A stretch of DNA of 64,000 bases. It comes from Giardia intestinalis. Taxonomy: Eukaryota. The DNA is taken from the NCBI GenBank assembly GCA_000002435.2, contig CM018792.1; one strand, given 5' to 3'. Below, piece by piece: positions 38,389 through 50,000 of the stretch; the stretch's first letter is position 1, and the number at the start of each line of letters is the position of its first letter. The notes beneath the pieces were generated by a model that was given only the letters and a program-made list of their open reading frames with translations, ran no database searches and was not told the DNA's origin. Position numbers and translations under genes: made by a program.

Positions 38389-41300
38389 TTAATTTACGCC
38401 AGCCCTTGCTGCAGCAAGAAAGTCCTTAAGCAGGCTGCCCAGTGCAATGCAAAAGGAATAGAATGAGGTCTGGACAGTCACTTTCTTTAAGACAATTGGG
38501 TGCATGGCACTAGTCTCGGCATCTGTCTGCGGCATGAAGCCTTTGAAAGTGAGTATCACTTTGTCATCCCTTGAGGTATGGCCATGAGCGTCATCTATAA
38601 TGTCCAATTGGCACAGCACATATGCTGGATAAGTGCTGTGACTGAGTTCGTCCTCAGAAGCACACTGAAGCAGGTCCATGTTCAGCGATGCAGCTGCTGA
38701 AGAGACTGCGCGCAATATCCTCGCAGGTTTAGTAAATAGTGTCACTAAAGGTAACCTATTTAGAAGCACAAATCCAAACTTTGTGGACACGATGGACGGT
38801 TGCATGTCGGGATACCCGCGGGATACCTCGCTCTTTGACGTCTCTTCACTCACTGGGTCTAGAAGATTTGGATACATGCGTCCCAGTCCCACTATCCCTT
38901 CATGATTTAAATCCGCGGTGAGACGAGGGGCCTCTGTCGTTTTCTGCTGGTATAGCTTTTTTTCCGCACAGTGTGGCGGAGTGTATATTACCCCTTGCTC
39001 ACCGTACATGCTCGATGCACAGGAGTCCGTATCTGGTAACACGAGTTCGGAGAGACCAGGATCTCCTGCCCGCTTCATGTGCACGCGCAGATGGATACGG
39101 GAATCATCAATAGAAAAGGAGCACTGCTCAAACAGCAGAGCCTTCAACGCTAGTATGTGTGAAAGTATCTTAGTTGCGTCTAGAAGATACATTGACTCGA
39201 CGGACCAGTCATTGTGACTATAGACACCAGATCGTGGTGTACCAGGATTAGGAATAAAGTTAAAAGTGGCACCAGCTGCTGGACAACTGCAAGCACGCCG
39301 AACAATGGGGGCTGTGCCCCCGTGCCGTCTCGATAGGTATGACCCCAGTGCCTTTTGCAGATAAATATATGGCATATCAGAGCATAAGGCCGCCCAACAG
39401 TTACAAATAGCTACTGCGAAGACGTCATACAGTTGGGGTGGAATCTTCTCGATGACAAAGTCCACCGTTAGGTAATTTGTCGCTAAGCTCGTCAGGGTTG
39501 CCCCAGCAAAGACAGGATTGCCCTTCCTACTCCTACTCCTGCTCCTGCTACACTGTTTTAAGTAAGAGCTATCGGATGCGTATTGATATCGCGCAATGAG
39601 GTCAGAAGACCCGTAGACAACGTCATTACTTATCCCAGAGTCCACTCTCTCGGCTAACCCATCAGATATATGCACATCCACCTCGTGTGCGTATAGGTAT
39701 CGGTGGAGTGATGAGATTATGAGAAAGGCGAGCTTGAAGTTGTAAGTCATTTGCACATTAGTGTAAAGAACGTAATTAACGAGTTCCATAGTGGATTGCC
39801 CACCAGTGGCGGCCCTCTCATCGGAGTAGTGAACATTGTGCGGGGAGAGAAGCGAGTACGCTTGGATAGAGCACGTCCTTGGGCTGCGCCAGCGACGATT
39901 CGACAAGGCAATCGTGTATATGGGCTGAAGATCGGCAACGAGCGCAAGGTTCTGCTCAATAAGAACTCTATCGAGAATATCAAATAGATTCCAAGACGAC
40001 CCCTTGCTGGCCAACGTGATGCTTATGTCGTGTGAAGAAAGAAGACAGTTTTGTATGCGCTTGGTGAAACCATCGAGATTGATTGTTTTGAACCTTATAA
40101 TTGAGAGGATCACCTCCAAGTTATACACGTTCAGCTCTGCAAAGCGGTGAAGACTAACCAGCAGCCTGCGCTGCTCCTTCGAGAAGACCTGCGATTGTGC
40201 CATTACACGGCTTGATATGGAATGGAAAACCACGGCACAGTTTAAGCAGTGTGTTATGTACGCTAGATACTGCGATTTCTCCCTCTTCTTTCTTGTGTAC
40301 ATCATGCTTGCTAGTTTGTGCATCTTATAGTGATTCTGGAGGCGTTCTAAGGTAATTGTGAACACCTGCATTGTTTTACAGAGGAGTAGTAGCTTTTGCG
40401 GATCCAGAATTGCTACACTTGCTATGGAAGAAAAGATGATGGAATCTGAGATCTGTGACGTATTTGTGGACGTACAGCTGGGCGAAGGACAGATATCTAA
40501 TGACACGTCACACTGTATGACGTGCACGAGGGGGCTCTGGCCCTTCCGGCACCGAGCCACTAACAATGTTACCCCAAGAGAAGACGACAGCAGGGACAGA
40601 AAAAGCTTTGGAATCACCCGGATGGTCGAGTTTGCCATTCGCGCGTATTGAAGCATGAACTGTGCCTTCGATGCTCTTTCAATAACATCAGAATAGATAG
40701 CCTCTTGGTAGCCAGCACTAATGGTGAAGCCAAAAACGAAGACCCAGTCAAAGAAGGTAGTCGAGAGAGCCTTCTCTAAATCCTCTAGGAGGGCAAAGTA
40801 GAGGCTCCGATCTTTTAACGGATCCATCAATGCAGCATTATCATCGACAGCTAAGTAGTTTAGAATCTCAAGCTCTTTAAGTCTGTACTTACGACTTGCT
40901 CCGGGGTACGGCAGCGTATTCAGTGTATTGTGAGGTAGGGGCTTGACATTTGAAAAGAAGAATGCCGGAGTGCTGATGGGGGTGCTACACGAAGAAGTTG
41001 GCGTGCTATTGAAGCTGCACTGCTGGGAGAACGGGATGGGGAATGTCACAGCCGTCTTTTGAACGTTAATGGAGACAGCAAGCTCACTGCTGGAATTCTT
41101 CTTTCTGGTCCTGTCACCAAACGGCGAAAGCGACTCGCCAGTAGAAGTGGGATACGATAAGTCATGAAGGGCTCTCTCAAGCTGTTGGTACTCTAAAAGC
41201 TTCTGGCCTGTCACAGAAAGAGAGCTGCTCTCTTCCATGGTCTGCTGGCCGATCGATGCGTGAGAGTCATCAAACGGGTCTAGAAAGTCAATGTTCATTA

Positions 41301-43671
41301 GTGGGGTCTGGAGAGAGGCCAGTTCAGAACTTTGGGAATACACATCGGTGAATTTGTGGATCAGTCGAGGTGTGACTTGAAAGGGGTGGGTCTTGATATA
41401 ATCTAAGGACCGGAGAATAGATCTTTTGCTCCGGTTCAAAGTCGCTGGAGTTACTTTCGCTGAATCTATTATTTGGTCTGTGGGGTATGGATCTGACAAG
41501 GAGCAGTCTTTGATGGCGTGAGCCAGTGACGAATTCGCGGGGCGCTTATCACGGTTACCACATTGGTGAGAAAGGCTACTATGTGAGATCCCTGACTCTT
41601 TGGTAGAAGCATCCTTCTTACAGAGAGAACTCCCATTTGCCCCCGTACTATTATAGAGATGAACGCCGTTGTGGGTGTCACCTGCACTGGAGGACGATGT
41701 GATGGCGGAAATGAGAGACCTATAGTTGATAACATGGTGAGCGGAGGTAGCACCCTGTGCAGTGGACTTACTTCTGTCTGATAGAATAACTTTACCTAGA
41801 AGAGCTCTGACGGTATTGTTGAAGAATATGGCAACCGTCTCTAACGTAGATTTTACCAAGAACAGTGAGTCCGCACACGTTAAGCAAGACTCCTGATACT
41901 CAAGAATGTGTTTGTATAGCTGTATCATGCTGCTGTCGTTAACCTCTGCTTGATAGACTCTTATAAACCGCTCTGCCTCGATAACGAAGAGGGGTATGTT
42001 GTTAGCTAAAAACGTGTGCGATGGATCTAAGATGTCTAAGTAAGTATCTGAGGTCTGTGATGAAAATATACACTGAGATTGCTGTCGCAAGCTATAGCCC
42101 CAGTTTCTGAAAAAATTAGAATAGAGCAGACACCAGAATGCTTTAAATAGTGACGCATATTTTTCTATAGTATTAGAAGCAGCGTTGGAAATGTGAGCCA
42201 TTACACCCGCTGTCTCCAGTGTTCTTAGAGCACGTGGAAGATGGGCTGTTTTAAAATCCAACTGACTAAATCCACTGAGACCATAGATAGCTCTGTGCTT
42301 TACCAGACGCTTGTGCGTATTCGTGAGAATATTGATAAAGATATGGTCTGACATCATTTTGTACTGAATGGTGATAACTATAAATCGTGAGAACGTGATA
42401 GAGCATAGCTGCATTCTAATGAAAACTGAAAGGACCGAGCGGGCACTTAGGGAGTGACGGTGATCTAAATAAAGAGAGATAACTCTTGTGATTTTCAACA
42501 CTTCAAGGATTCTGAACCAAAATCCCAAACGAACGAGGACCAACAGAGAAGATCCAGAGTAGATGGTTGCAAATAGTGAATAGAGGAACTGAACCAGTGC
42601 ATAGTCCAGTCCAAACGAGAGAAGAAACGCTACAATAACCTCCAAGTTCATACTTTGAAAAAGCACACACAGCTGCTGTGGTAATGAACAACTCTGCAGG
42701 TGAGGAGGAGCAGCCGAAGAGGCAAGTGACAGTAGGTTGGGAACAAAGAACAAAACAGCCCCTGCTAATCCTATGCTGAACAACTGTATGATAAATGTGA
42801 TAATATCATGTTGTTGTTGGTGCATCTTATGCAACAGAGACGTTAGTATGTAGATAATACGAGAACACGTCCCCCCGGTGGTACAATTGGCGGCATACCT
42901 CACGAGCCTACGCAGCACAGTTGACAGGTCAGCATAGCTAAGCCTTAACATGTGCGAAAAAGAAAAGTCAGATTGCTGGTACAGTGAGTACCCTAGATGC
43001 TGAACAAGGAGAGTGGAAATATTAAGCTCGCGCGGAAGAACGCGTCCAGACTGGCTACAAGTCAGTGCCATTGTTGCATCGAAATTCACCAGGCCACGCG
43101 TGACGCCATAATATGAGATGAGACCCATAAATGCGAAAATGCTAATTACTAACTCATCAACAGCGACAACATCTGTGCTGTGAACAGTCTGCGGAACATT
43201 GAAGAATGAAGCTAGATAGAGAGAAAGGAGACAAATAAGTGGGACGGTTTTGGTACAAAGAAGTAAAAACTGACGTAAAAAGTACGAAAAGCTAGTTGAG
43301 TGCATCTTTCTATGCATGGCATTGACGAACATTCCGATAACAGAACAAAGACAGAAGTAGGGTAGTAGCAGTACTAGAGTCAATATTAAAGAGACGATGG
43401 GATCCTGAGAGACAAAGGGTAAGATGGGCTTATTGTAACGACGAACCTTATGAAACAAGATTGCAGTGGACAATAAATCTAGATATACAAGTATTGGATT
43501 AAAAAGCTGAAAGACCATAGCGTCCACAAAGAAGAAGAAAGATAGACAGAGCACGCCGCAGCCTCGAAGCGTTAAAAAGTGACGAAGAATCAGCAAGAAA
43601 AAAAACTGCACATGCAACGAGTTGAAGTAGAAGGAAGCAATGTCACTCTTATTAAGCCGCGAGGATCTCAT
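38389..43671 (-). CDS. very large (1760 aa) polytopic membrane protein, orphan
   Basis: ATG at 43669-43671. The N-terminal ~650 aa contains ≥10 strongly hydrophobic helices (FFFLLILRHFLTL…, ILVYLDLLSTAILF…, IVSLILTLVLLLPYFCLC…, LICLLSLYLASFF…, ISIFAFMGLISYY…, FSIGLAGAVLFFV…, VIVAFLLSFGLDYALVQFLY…). Then a ~1100-aa soluble region with no recognised motif. Confidence 0.5.
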   Translation of the reverse strand: MRSSRLNKSDIASFYFNSLHVQFFFLLILRHFLTLRGCGVLCLSFFFFVDAMVFQLFNPILVYLDLLSTAILFHKVRRYNKPILPFVSQDPIVSLILTLVLLLPYFCLCSVIGMFVNAMHRKMHSTSFSYFLRQFLLLCTKTVPLICLLSLYLASFFNVPQTVHSTDVVAVDELVISIFAFMGLISYYGVTRGLVNFDATMALTCSQSGRVLPRELNISTLLVQHLGYSLYQQSDFSFSHMLRLSYADLSTVLRRLVRYAANCTTGGTCSRIIYILTSLLHKMHQQQHDIITFIIQLFSIGLAGAVLFFVPNLLSLASSAAPPHLQSCSLPQQLCVLFQSMNLEVIVAFLLSFGLDYALVQFLYSLFATIYSGSSLLVLVRLGFWFRILEVLKITRVISLYLDHRHSLSARSVLSVFIRMQLCSITFSRFIVITIQYKMMSDHIFINILTNTHKRLVKHRAIYGLSGFSQLDFKTAHLPRALRTLETAGVMAHISNAASNTIEKYASLFKAFWCLLYSNFFRNWGYSLRQQSQCIFSSQTSDTYLDILDPSHTFLANNIPLFVIEAERFIRVYQAEVNDSSMIQLYKHILEYQESCLTCADSLFLVKSTLETVAIFFNNTVRALLGKVILSDRSKSTAQGATSAHHVINYRSLISAITSSSSAGDTHNGVHLYNSTGANGSSLCKKDASTKESGISHSSLSHQCGNRDKRPANSSLAHAIKDCSLSDPYPTDQIIDSAKVTPATLNRSKRSILRSLDYIKTHPFQVTPRLIHKFTDVYSQSSELASLQTPLMNIDFLDPFDDSHASIGQQTMEESSSLSVTGQKLLEYQQLERALHDLSYPTSTGESLSPFGDRTRKKNSSSELAVSINVQKTAVTFPIPFSQQCSFNSTPTSSCSTPISTPAFFFSNVKPLPHNTLNTLPYPGASRKYRLKELEILNYLAVDDNAALMDPLKDRSLYFALLEDLEKALSTTFFDWVFVFGFTISAGYQEAIYSDVIERASKAQFMLQYARMANSTIRVIPKLFLSLLSSSLGVTLLVARCRKGQSPLVHVIQCDVSLDICPSPSCTSTNTSQISDSIIFSSIASVAILDPQKLLLLCKTMQVFTITLERLQNHYKMHKLASMMYTRKKREKSQYLAYITHCLNCAVVFHSISSRVMAQSQVFSKEQRRLLVSLHRFAELNVYNLEVILSIIRFKTINLDGFTKRIQNCLLSSHDISITLASKGSSWNLFDILDRVLIEQNLALVADLQPIYTIALSNRRWRSPRTCSIQAYSLLSPHNVHYSDERAATGGQSTMELVNYVLYTNVQMTYNFKLAFLIISSLHRYLYAHEVDVHISDGLAERVDSGISNDVVYGSSDLIARYQYASDSSYLKQCSRSRSRSRKGNPVFAGATLTSLATNYLTVDFVIEKIPPQLYDVFAVAICNCWAALCSDMPYIYLQKALGSYLSRRHGGTAPIVRRACSCPAAGATFNFIPNPGTPRSGVYSHNDWSVESMYLLDATKILSHILALKALLFEQCSFSIDDSRIHLRVHMKRAGDPGLSELVLPDTDSCASSMYGEQGVIYTPPHCAEKKLYQQKTTEAPRLTADLNHEGIVGLGRMYPNLLDPVSEETSKSEVSRGYPDMQPSIVSTKFGFVLLNRLPLVTLFTKPARILRAVSSAAASLNMDLLQCASEDELSHSTYPAYVLCQLDIIDDAHGHTSRDDKVILTFKGFMPQTDAETSAMHPIVLKKVTVQTSFYSFCIALGSLLKDFLAAARAGVN

Positions 43672-43688
43672 ATCCTCTATTCTAAATT

Positions 43689-44363
43689 CTAACTATTAGC
43701 ATCTACAGCTGAAGACACAACAACTGTAGAAAGAGAGGTTTGGGCAAGCGCTTCAACTTTCTCGAAAAGTGCTTCTAGGTGTATGCGTGCATCTGCACAA
43801 GTTGCTTCAAACCGAGAGATGTGCTGTAGAAGTGGACTCTGCCTCGTAGCGTTGACAAAGGCTTCTCGAGAAGAATGAAGGCTGATGAGCTCCTGTTTTA
43901 GTGCAGAAAGCCGCTTATTTATGCGGTACAGTAGCCCTTTTCCGTTTGAACCTCCCGTGATGACGCCCATGGTTCGCACAATCTCACGGTAAGCATAGCA
44001 TTTGGCATTTAGGCGTGCTTCAAGTTGATCATTTATGTCCCTCTGGGTCCAGAGGTGCCTTATCAGGTGCTGAGTAACCAAATCGTACCTCCTACAGAGA
44101 GACTCAATCAGAGTGTCAACGGAAGGAAGGGAGCGAGTCGTGGCATCTTCCGATGCCTTGATCATGTGCTGAAGCTCCGATGACTGCAAATAGCCATTGC
44201 GTAAAACTATATCCAAAAAAATATCAATCCTGTCAAAAAAAGTAATTTTAAGTTCTTCAGCGTCACGGTTCTGTTGAACCCGTTGGCGGACAGAATCTGG
44301 CAGGGAGTGCAGGAGTGAAGACCAAGTGAGGAGAGAGGGCTCATGCCCATGTGAGAGAGGCAT
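43689..44363 (-). CDS. hypothetical protein
   Basis: Track start 44387 is TTG; the first ATG is at 44361-44363 (MPLSHGHEPS…), 224 aa. No motif recognised. Confidence 0.3.
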   Translation of the reverse strand: MPLSHGHEPSLLTWSSLLHSLPDSVRQRVQQNRDAEELKITFFDRIDIFLDIVLRNGYLQSSELQHMIKASEDATTRSLPSVDTLIESLCRRYDLVTQHLIRHLWTQRDINDQLEARLNAKCYAYREIVRTMGVITGGSNGKGLLYRINKRLSALKQELISLHSSREAFVNATRQSPLLQHISRFEATCADARIHLEALFEKVEALAQTSLSTVVVSSAVDANS

Positions 44364-44499
44364 ATCAAGCCTGTCCTCAGATGACAAATTTTTTTAACGT
44401 TAGAAAAAACTGCAACTGAAAATACGAACTACGAACTGGCCAGAAATAAAATCGCCCCATAAGATTATCTGCAGTAACAAGCATCAAAAAGAAGTAATA

Positions 44500-44784
44500 T
44501 TAACTCTGTATGTGGCTTAGCTTGACATCGAGTTCTGAGATGAGGGCTTGCTGCTTTTTAATCACTATCACGATGAGGTCTACTTGCCCTCGTATACCTT
44601 GCATACGATAAAGGTGCCGCTTAGCCCCTTCTCTGTCGTGTTTTCTGAGACAATCCTTAGCCTTTTGCTTAAGATTAGAAAGCTCGTCAACTAATTCCTT
44701 TAGTCTTTCTTTGCTATCTTTATAATTGGACTCTAGTTGATTGCGTACCTGAAGAAATTCGGTGACTCGATTCTGAGAACTCAT
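44500..44784 (-). CDS. small coiled-coil protein; possible Snf7/ESCRT-III-like N-terminal module
   Basis: 94 aa with an ATG start. Weak resemblance to the CHMP6/Vps20 N-terminus: RVTEFLQVRNQLESNYKDSKERLKEL versus RVTEQDKAILQLKQQRDKLRQYQKRI, and DREGAKRHLYRMQGIRGQ versus RKERAKLLLKKKRYQEQ. Too short for a full Snf7 domain. Confidence 0.3.
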   Translation of the reverse strand: MSSQNRVTEFLQVRNQLESNYKDSKERLKELVDELSNLKQKAKDCLRKHDREGAKRHLYRMQGIRGQVDLIVIVIKKQQALISELDVKLSHIQS

Positions 44785-44809
44785 CGACGGGTTTTAATTT
44801 TGCAAATAA

Positions 44810-45388
44810 ATGCTCAAGGTCGACACAATCAGGGAGGCTGAGGAAACTCTCGAAAGATTTGTGCTGCAGATGATTCAGTCCAACAAGCGCGTGGTCACGC
44901 TTTGGCTACGCGGCGTGACGTTTCATGACAAGGGCATGTATCTTGTTTCAGTGCTTCTTACAGTGCTGGTCTTGTACAGTTACACTTTCGTCCCCAATTC
45001 GCTGGGTGCGATGGCACTCACGGGAATATACTACGTTGTTCTGAGGACAAACTGGTCAAGAAGTGAGCAAATCATGAGGCTTTTTGGGGTCAATGATGGG
45101 TGCGAGATAACTGACGACGATATTAAGCGTCATCATATGCTGGCTGCAAGCGTTGGTAGGCGCTTTGGGAAAGCTTTCAAACGCGTTGTTGATGCGTACA
45201 GGGCATACTCTAAGTTTGGTCTTAATGCTGACATCGGGAAGACATATCCTATTTTTATCTTGTTAGGAAGCAGTCTGTTCACGTTTTACTTTACTTCGGT
45301 TTACCATATGGTTCTCTTTTTATCTGTTTGTACTTATCTCTGGGGTCCCATTAGCTTTTTACTTAAGGCCAGGCGCAAAACTAATTGA
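44810..45388 (+). CDS. small double-hairpin membrane protein (reticulon/PRA1-like topology), orphan
   Basis: 192 aa with ATG at 44810. Two long hydrophobic segments, each long enough for a hairpin (YLVSVLLTVLVLYSYTFVPNSLGAMALTGIYYVVL and TYPIFILLGSSLFTFYFTSVYHMVLFLSVCTYLWGPISFLL), separated by a ~90-aa hydrophilic loop. Family assignment is inference only. Confidence 0.35.
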   Translation: MLKVDTIREAEETLERFVLQMIQSNKRVVTLWLRGVTFHDKGMYLVSVLLTVLVLYSYTFVPNSLGAMALTGIYYVVLRTNWSRSEQIMRLFGVNDGCEITDDDIKRHHMLAASVGRRFGKAFKRVVDAYRAYSKFGLNADIGKTYPIFILLGSSLFTFYFTSVYHMVLFLSVCTYLWGPISFLLKARRKTN

Positions 45389-45883
45389 TCTGTGGGATGT
45401 GGAGTAGTTGTGGAAGCATTTTCACTCCTTACTTGTATGTTCGTCCAACACCATAATGGTGGGTTTCTCTTAGCATAGGACGACCTACCCTTCAAAAGAT
45501 GTATAAACACGCACATTTATATGTCACCTAGGGTGTTGCTGCCTAGTCCTATCTAAAAGAAGCTCAGTGGACGCTGTCATTCAAGTGTGTATTCCGCCAT
45601 CTTCTAAATCCAATGATTCGGACATCGCTCAACTCTAAAAAAGAGCTTCTTTGCTTTGTGCACTTGCTACTTGCTCTCTGGGTCCTAGACCTTCAGAAGT
45701 TGTTAGGTTCATGTGTCCACCTTTACTTGCGAGCCCTTTCTATGCTAATTTCAAGACTCAAGAAAATATTTCTCAAGTATCCTCTTTGGGTTTAAGTGGT
45801 TTAGAGCTCTTGTTAAGCCTTGATGTCATTGCATATTTGTCATTAGACTGGGATGGGTTTGAAAGGCTGTGTGATCTTACTGA

Positions 45884-46996
45884 TTAAAAGCTCTCTAGTG
45901 GGCGCAAGTATTCGCATATCGCCTTATGGTTCTTAGATGCTGCATAATCGTATGCACTTTTGCCGTTTTTGCACTTTATTTTTGCCTCTTTGGCTGAGAG
46001 AAACTCGACAACTTCAAGGTGACCTGCAAAGGCCGCTACCATCATCGCAGTCATGCCATTTGTGTCCACGACAAGGGCTTCCCGGTCTGCCAAAATCTTA
46101 ACTATATCCACATGACCTGCGTATGCTGCATGCATGAGCGCTGTCCGCCCACGGGAGTCCTGGTACATGTCTTCAACATCGCAGAGTAGCAAAACAATCT
46201 CCAGGAAGTTTGATTGGGCTGCAATCATTAGTGCTGTCATGCCGTTGTTCGATTGTAGCCCATTTTCCACGGCTGCAAGAAGCTTTGCTGCATCTATATT
46301 GTTATCTTGGACAGCCTGCATCAACGCAGTCCACCCCAGCTTATTGCGGTTGCCAGCTTCGTGCCTGGACAGATCCTCAATAACATCGAAGTTGCCAGCC
46401 TGAACGGCGATCATGAGGGCTGTCTTGCCGTTCTCCTCTGAGATGTTGGCTTCCTCTGCACACAACAATCTCAATGCATCAAGTGCGTTACTCTTCGCTG
46501 CATACATGAGCGCAGTCCATCCCGTCTTGTCCTGGATCTTATTCTCAACCGGAAGAAGTATAGGGATTACAGAGTGAATGTTCTTCTTTGCTGCTAGCAT
46601 GAGGGCGGTGGCTCCGTCAAGGCGCTGAAGCCCCCCTTCCAGATTGACAAGTATCTTCACTGCCTCCACATTGCTGCTCATTGTGGCAATCATCAAAGCT
46701 GTACATCCATCCTTCAATCTACAACAAGGTTCTAGTTCTGCAAGTAACCGGACGATCTCTGCTGACTGAGATGCCGCGGCGATCATGAGTGCTGTTTCCA
46801 TTTTAATATTTGTGTCACCAGATTCATGAGGAGCGAGTATCTCCGCTAGCTCTCTGTTGCCCATGCGTGCTGCCTTCATCAAGGCTGTCTCTCCCAGCTC
46901 ATCCTGAGTGTGCGCATACTTGTCAATATTCATTTCTATGACCTTGGTATAGCCTTTGGCAACTGCTTGAAACCATTTAGCCGTCAGATCGGCCAT
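45884..46996 (-). CDS. ankyrin-repeat protein (Protein 21.1 type)
   Basis: Track start 47065 is TTG; the first ATG is at 46994-46996 (MADLTAKWFQ…). Eleven tandem ~33-aa ankyrin repeats (TALMKAARMGNRELAEIL, TALMIAAASQSAEIVRLL, TALMIATMSSNVEAVKIL, TALMYAAKSNALDALRLL, TALMQAVQDNNIDAAKLL …). Confidence 0.75.
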   Translation of the reverse strand: MADLTAKWFQAVAKGYTKVIEMNIDKYAHTQDELGETALMKAARMGNRELAEILAPHESGDTNIKMETALMIAAASQSAEIVRLLAELEPCCRLKDGCTALMIATMSSNVEAVKILVNLEGGLQRLDGATALMLAAKKNIHSVIPILLPVENKIQDKTGWTALMYAAKSNALDALRLLCAEEANISEENGKTALMIAVQAGNFDVIEDLSRHEAGNRNKLGWTALMQAVQDNNIDAAKLLAAVENGLQSNNGMTALMIAAQSNFLEIVLLLCDVEDMYQDSRGRTALMHAAYAGHVDIVKILADREALVVDTNGMTAMMVAAFAGHLEVVEFLSAKEAKIKCKNGKSAYDYAASKNHKAICEYLRPLESF

Positions 46997-47038
46997 CAAA
47001 ATTAAAAATTTATACAGAGCCCGAAATTCCTTATCGAA

Positions 47039-50000
47039 ATGAGCAAAGAGAAACAAGACAAACAAGGTTCTGATATTAAATCGACGGCAACTCTCCAGCT
47101 GTCGATCTCTTTTAATCTTGAGGCCTCGTTTCTTCCCTTCTCAAGTACTCTGCCAGTCCTGCAGCTCATAGTCCCAGGGGTCTCACCTATTTCCCTACCC
47201 TACTATACCATCAACGGAGAATTTCCTCCTGAGCCAGTTGCCAAAAAAGAGCCCAGTAAGAAAGAGCCTGTGCCCGTCGATCAGGGTGCTGACATCAAGT
47301 TGGTAGAGGCCATTTTCAAAGAAATAGACATACCTAATCCACTTGGGCTTGTTCAGCAGTTTTTAACTAACCCCATAAAGCTTATGCTCAGCAGTCCCCT
47401 CGCTTCAGATAAAGAAAAAGACCAAGATAAAACGTCATCGTCTCTCTTGCTTCCAGCATCTATACTTCTCGTTGATCTACCACTAAAGACTTCCTTTTGC
47501 CTCCTATCATCTACTTTACCAGATCTGCGTCTGGATGGCTTCCTCCGGCTTTCAATCTTACGAGCATCTCATGTTTCCAAGGATTCTACACAAAGATTCA
47601 TATCCTTTCTTCCCCGTGCCATTACAGAGACAACGCTAAACGTATTCGTGATTCGTATCCTCTCTTTTAAAGGTATACCCCTGGTGGGAGATCTGAACTA
47701 TCGCACAGCATTCTTTGAACCAATAAAGCTCTCTCTTACTATCTTCGGCACGACATACTACTCTGATTCAATATCACATGAGCTTTTAGGAGGAACACAG
47801 AACCAGCTAACTACGAATACAAGTCAGGGGATAAGCATGCAGTACCTGCAATCGGATGAAACAGCCGTAAACCTGTGCGTTGCAAAGGCATTTACCACCA
47901 CGGATGAAATTGCACAACTATATGCCGAACTTGCCACTACTCCGGCAACTGTTGAGCTTTTTTACAAAGCCAAACCTAAACGAGAAACCCCAGTCAACCA
48001 ACAACCCAACTCTGGAAAGGAGGCCAAAGCCACTCCTGCCACTACCACCAAGAAACTACCGTCCAAGCCCAAAGAGGACGATGAAGACACTCGAGAAGAT
48101 GATTTCTTTTCGTTCTCAGTGATAGCTGAGATCAATCTGGTTCCTCTAACCGAGGATGATAGAGTTCTTGACACAGTTGTTAGCCTCAAGCCCGTATTTA
48201 AGTATAAAATAACACAGGTTCCCGATTTGTCTAAAGTAGCTCTCCGCCACATGGAGTGCTCCTCCACCATAAATCAGGCATGTCCCATACCTCAAACTCT
48301 GGCTTTGGGATCATGGAACGATGCCAGCATTAAGGTGCAAGCCGCCACTGCTAGCCTTTTAAAGAAGAACCCTGTCATTAAAACTTCAGAACCAAGACTA
48401 GCCGAGCAGCAAAGCACTTCTATGCAACACTTTGAACGGGCATACTTCTATCTCAAACCGAATGACCTGTACATAGCGAGCATTGTTCTTTCGTATGTAG
48501 CTCAAAAGAACATTAATGCAATTAGGCTCTTCAATCCGAAACTAGCAGAACAATTTGAGCACCCGGATACTCGAGTGGGGCAGAGCGCGAAACACACGAG
48601 CGCAGAGAAAGCGATAGCAGTTACAGATAGCACATCTGTAGAAGAAATCGCTGCATCATCCGTTCTGTCCAGAGAAGATACACAGGAGTGGCTCTCCCAG
48701 TGTGCATCCTCGTTAAAAGTCTTAGCAATTAAAGACGTACGGGAAAAAATAGGCTCAACAAACACCTGCGATAGCATTAAAGCGCCCTTTATTACGGGCT
48801 GGCACTTCTCAGATCCAAGCTTTCAGCTTATATGTTTAGAAGCCCCCGCATGCTACGGTTTGATAATGCCTCTTGCGCAGAAGGTTGACAGCTTGACCAA
48901 GTTACAAGTTGATATGCCAACGGACAGCCTTATCTCTCCATGCACTAAGTGCGGTCCAAACGTCAAGTTCGATAGTAGACTTATGCCAACGTCATCTCTG
49001 CTTTTAGAGAGGTTTTGCTTTGTTAACGAGATACAGGCCCTCGCTGAGAAATCATCCTCTTGGACAGCAACCACAGCGACCGCGCAAAACAGACGCGCGC
49101 TGGCCACTATGCTGTCTCTATTCACTTCATTGAAGATTGAAGGGGAGCCTATGCATGACCTCCTGGGAAAAGTTGTAAAACGATGTTTCAGAATAGAGTA
49201 TACTCCTGTCCCAATGAATATGAGACAGATTGCTGCGCTAAAGGCATTTTTGAATGACCGTGACATTCAGAGCTTGAAGACGTGGATTGGAGGAGTTCTC
49301 CCACAGCATATGAGAACCATCAGCCTTCTTTCTTATAAAGATGGTCCTGTTGTTCCCTTGGTTAATGCACCAGATGACATGATGGCCAAAAGCGGTTCAT
49401 GGGGCGTTGGTACCAGATCTGTGTCTCAAAGGATCAGGCCTCACGGCATGTGTGATACTGTATCAATAAATATGTCAATAATGGGAACAGGCTTGGATGA
49501 GATTGCCAATTACAGTGCAACACTTGCAGCCACCGCCCACGAGGCCTCAGATCTCCTTCGTCAGAAAGATGCCCATGGAATGAAGGAACATAGGCGTGCC
49601 GCATCATCTACAGATGCTAATTTGGCGTCAAGCACTCTATTGAGCCTCACCAAACGCATGAAGTATGAACTGAATGGGGACGACGAATCTGGCCTGCATG
49701 GCAATGTACAACCTCTTAACACTAATGAGGAGCAGATTGTTAATCAAATAATGAACAACAGTCTTCTCCCAGAGCGCTCGCGGACAGCAGTTTCAGATGC
49801 TGTGGCTGGGAGGGTGAAGTTTTCGTATTCTAATCAAACACTGGGGATCAAGAACCTTCAGAGCAAGGCTAGGGACCTTATAGTAGCATCTGGCAAAGGT
49901 AAGGGTCACAAGATTCCTCTATGGGAAGGGTACCGTGACCCCAAGTTGCCGCACTTGTCTCGGTATTCAACAAGGGGCTCAAAAGAGTATGAGCTTGAAA

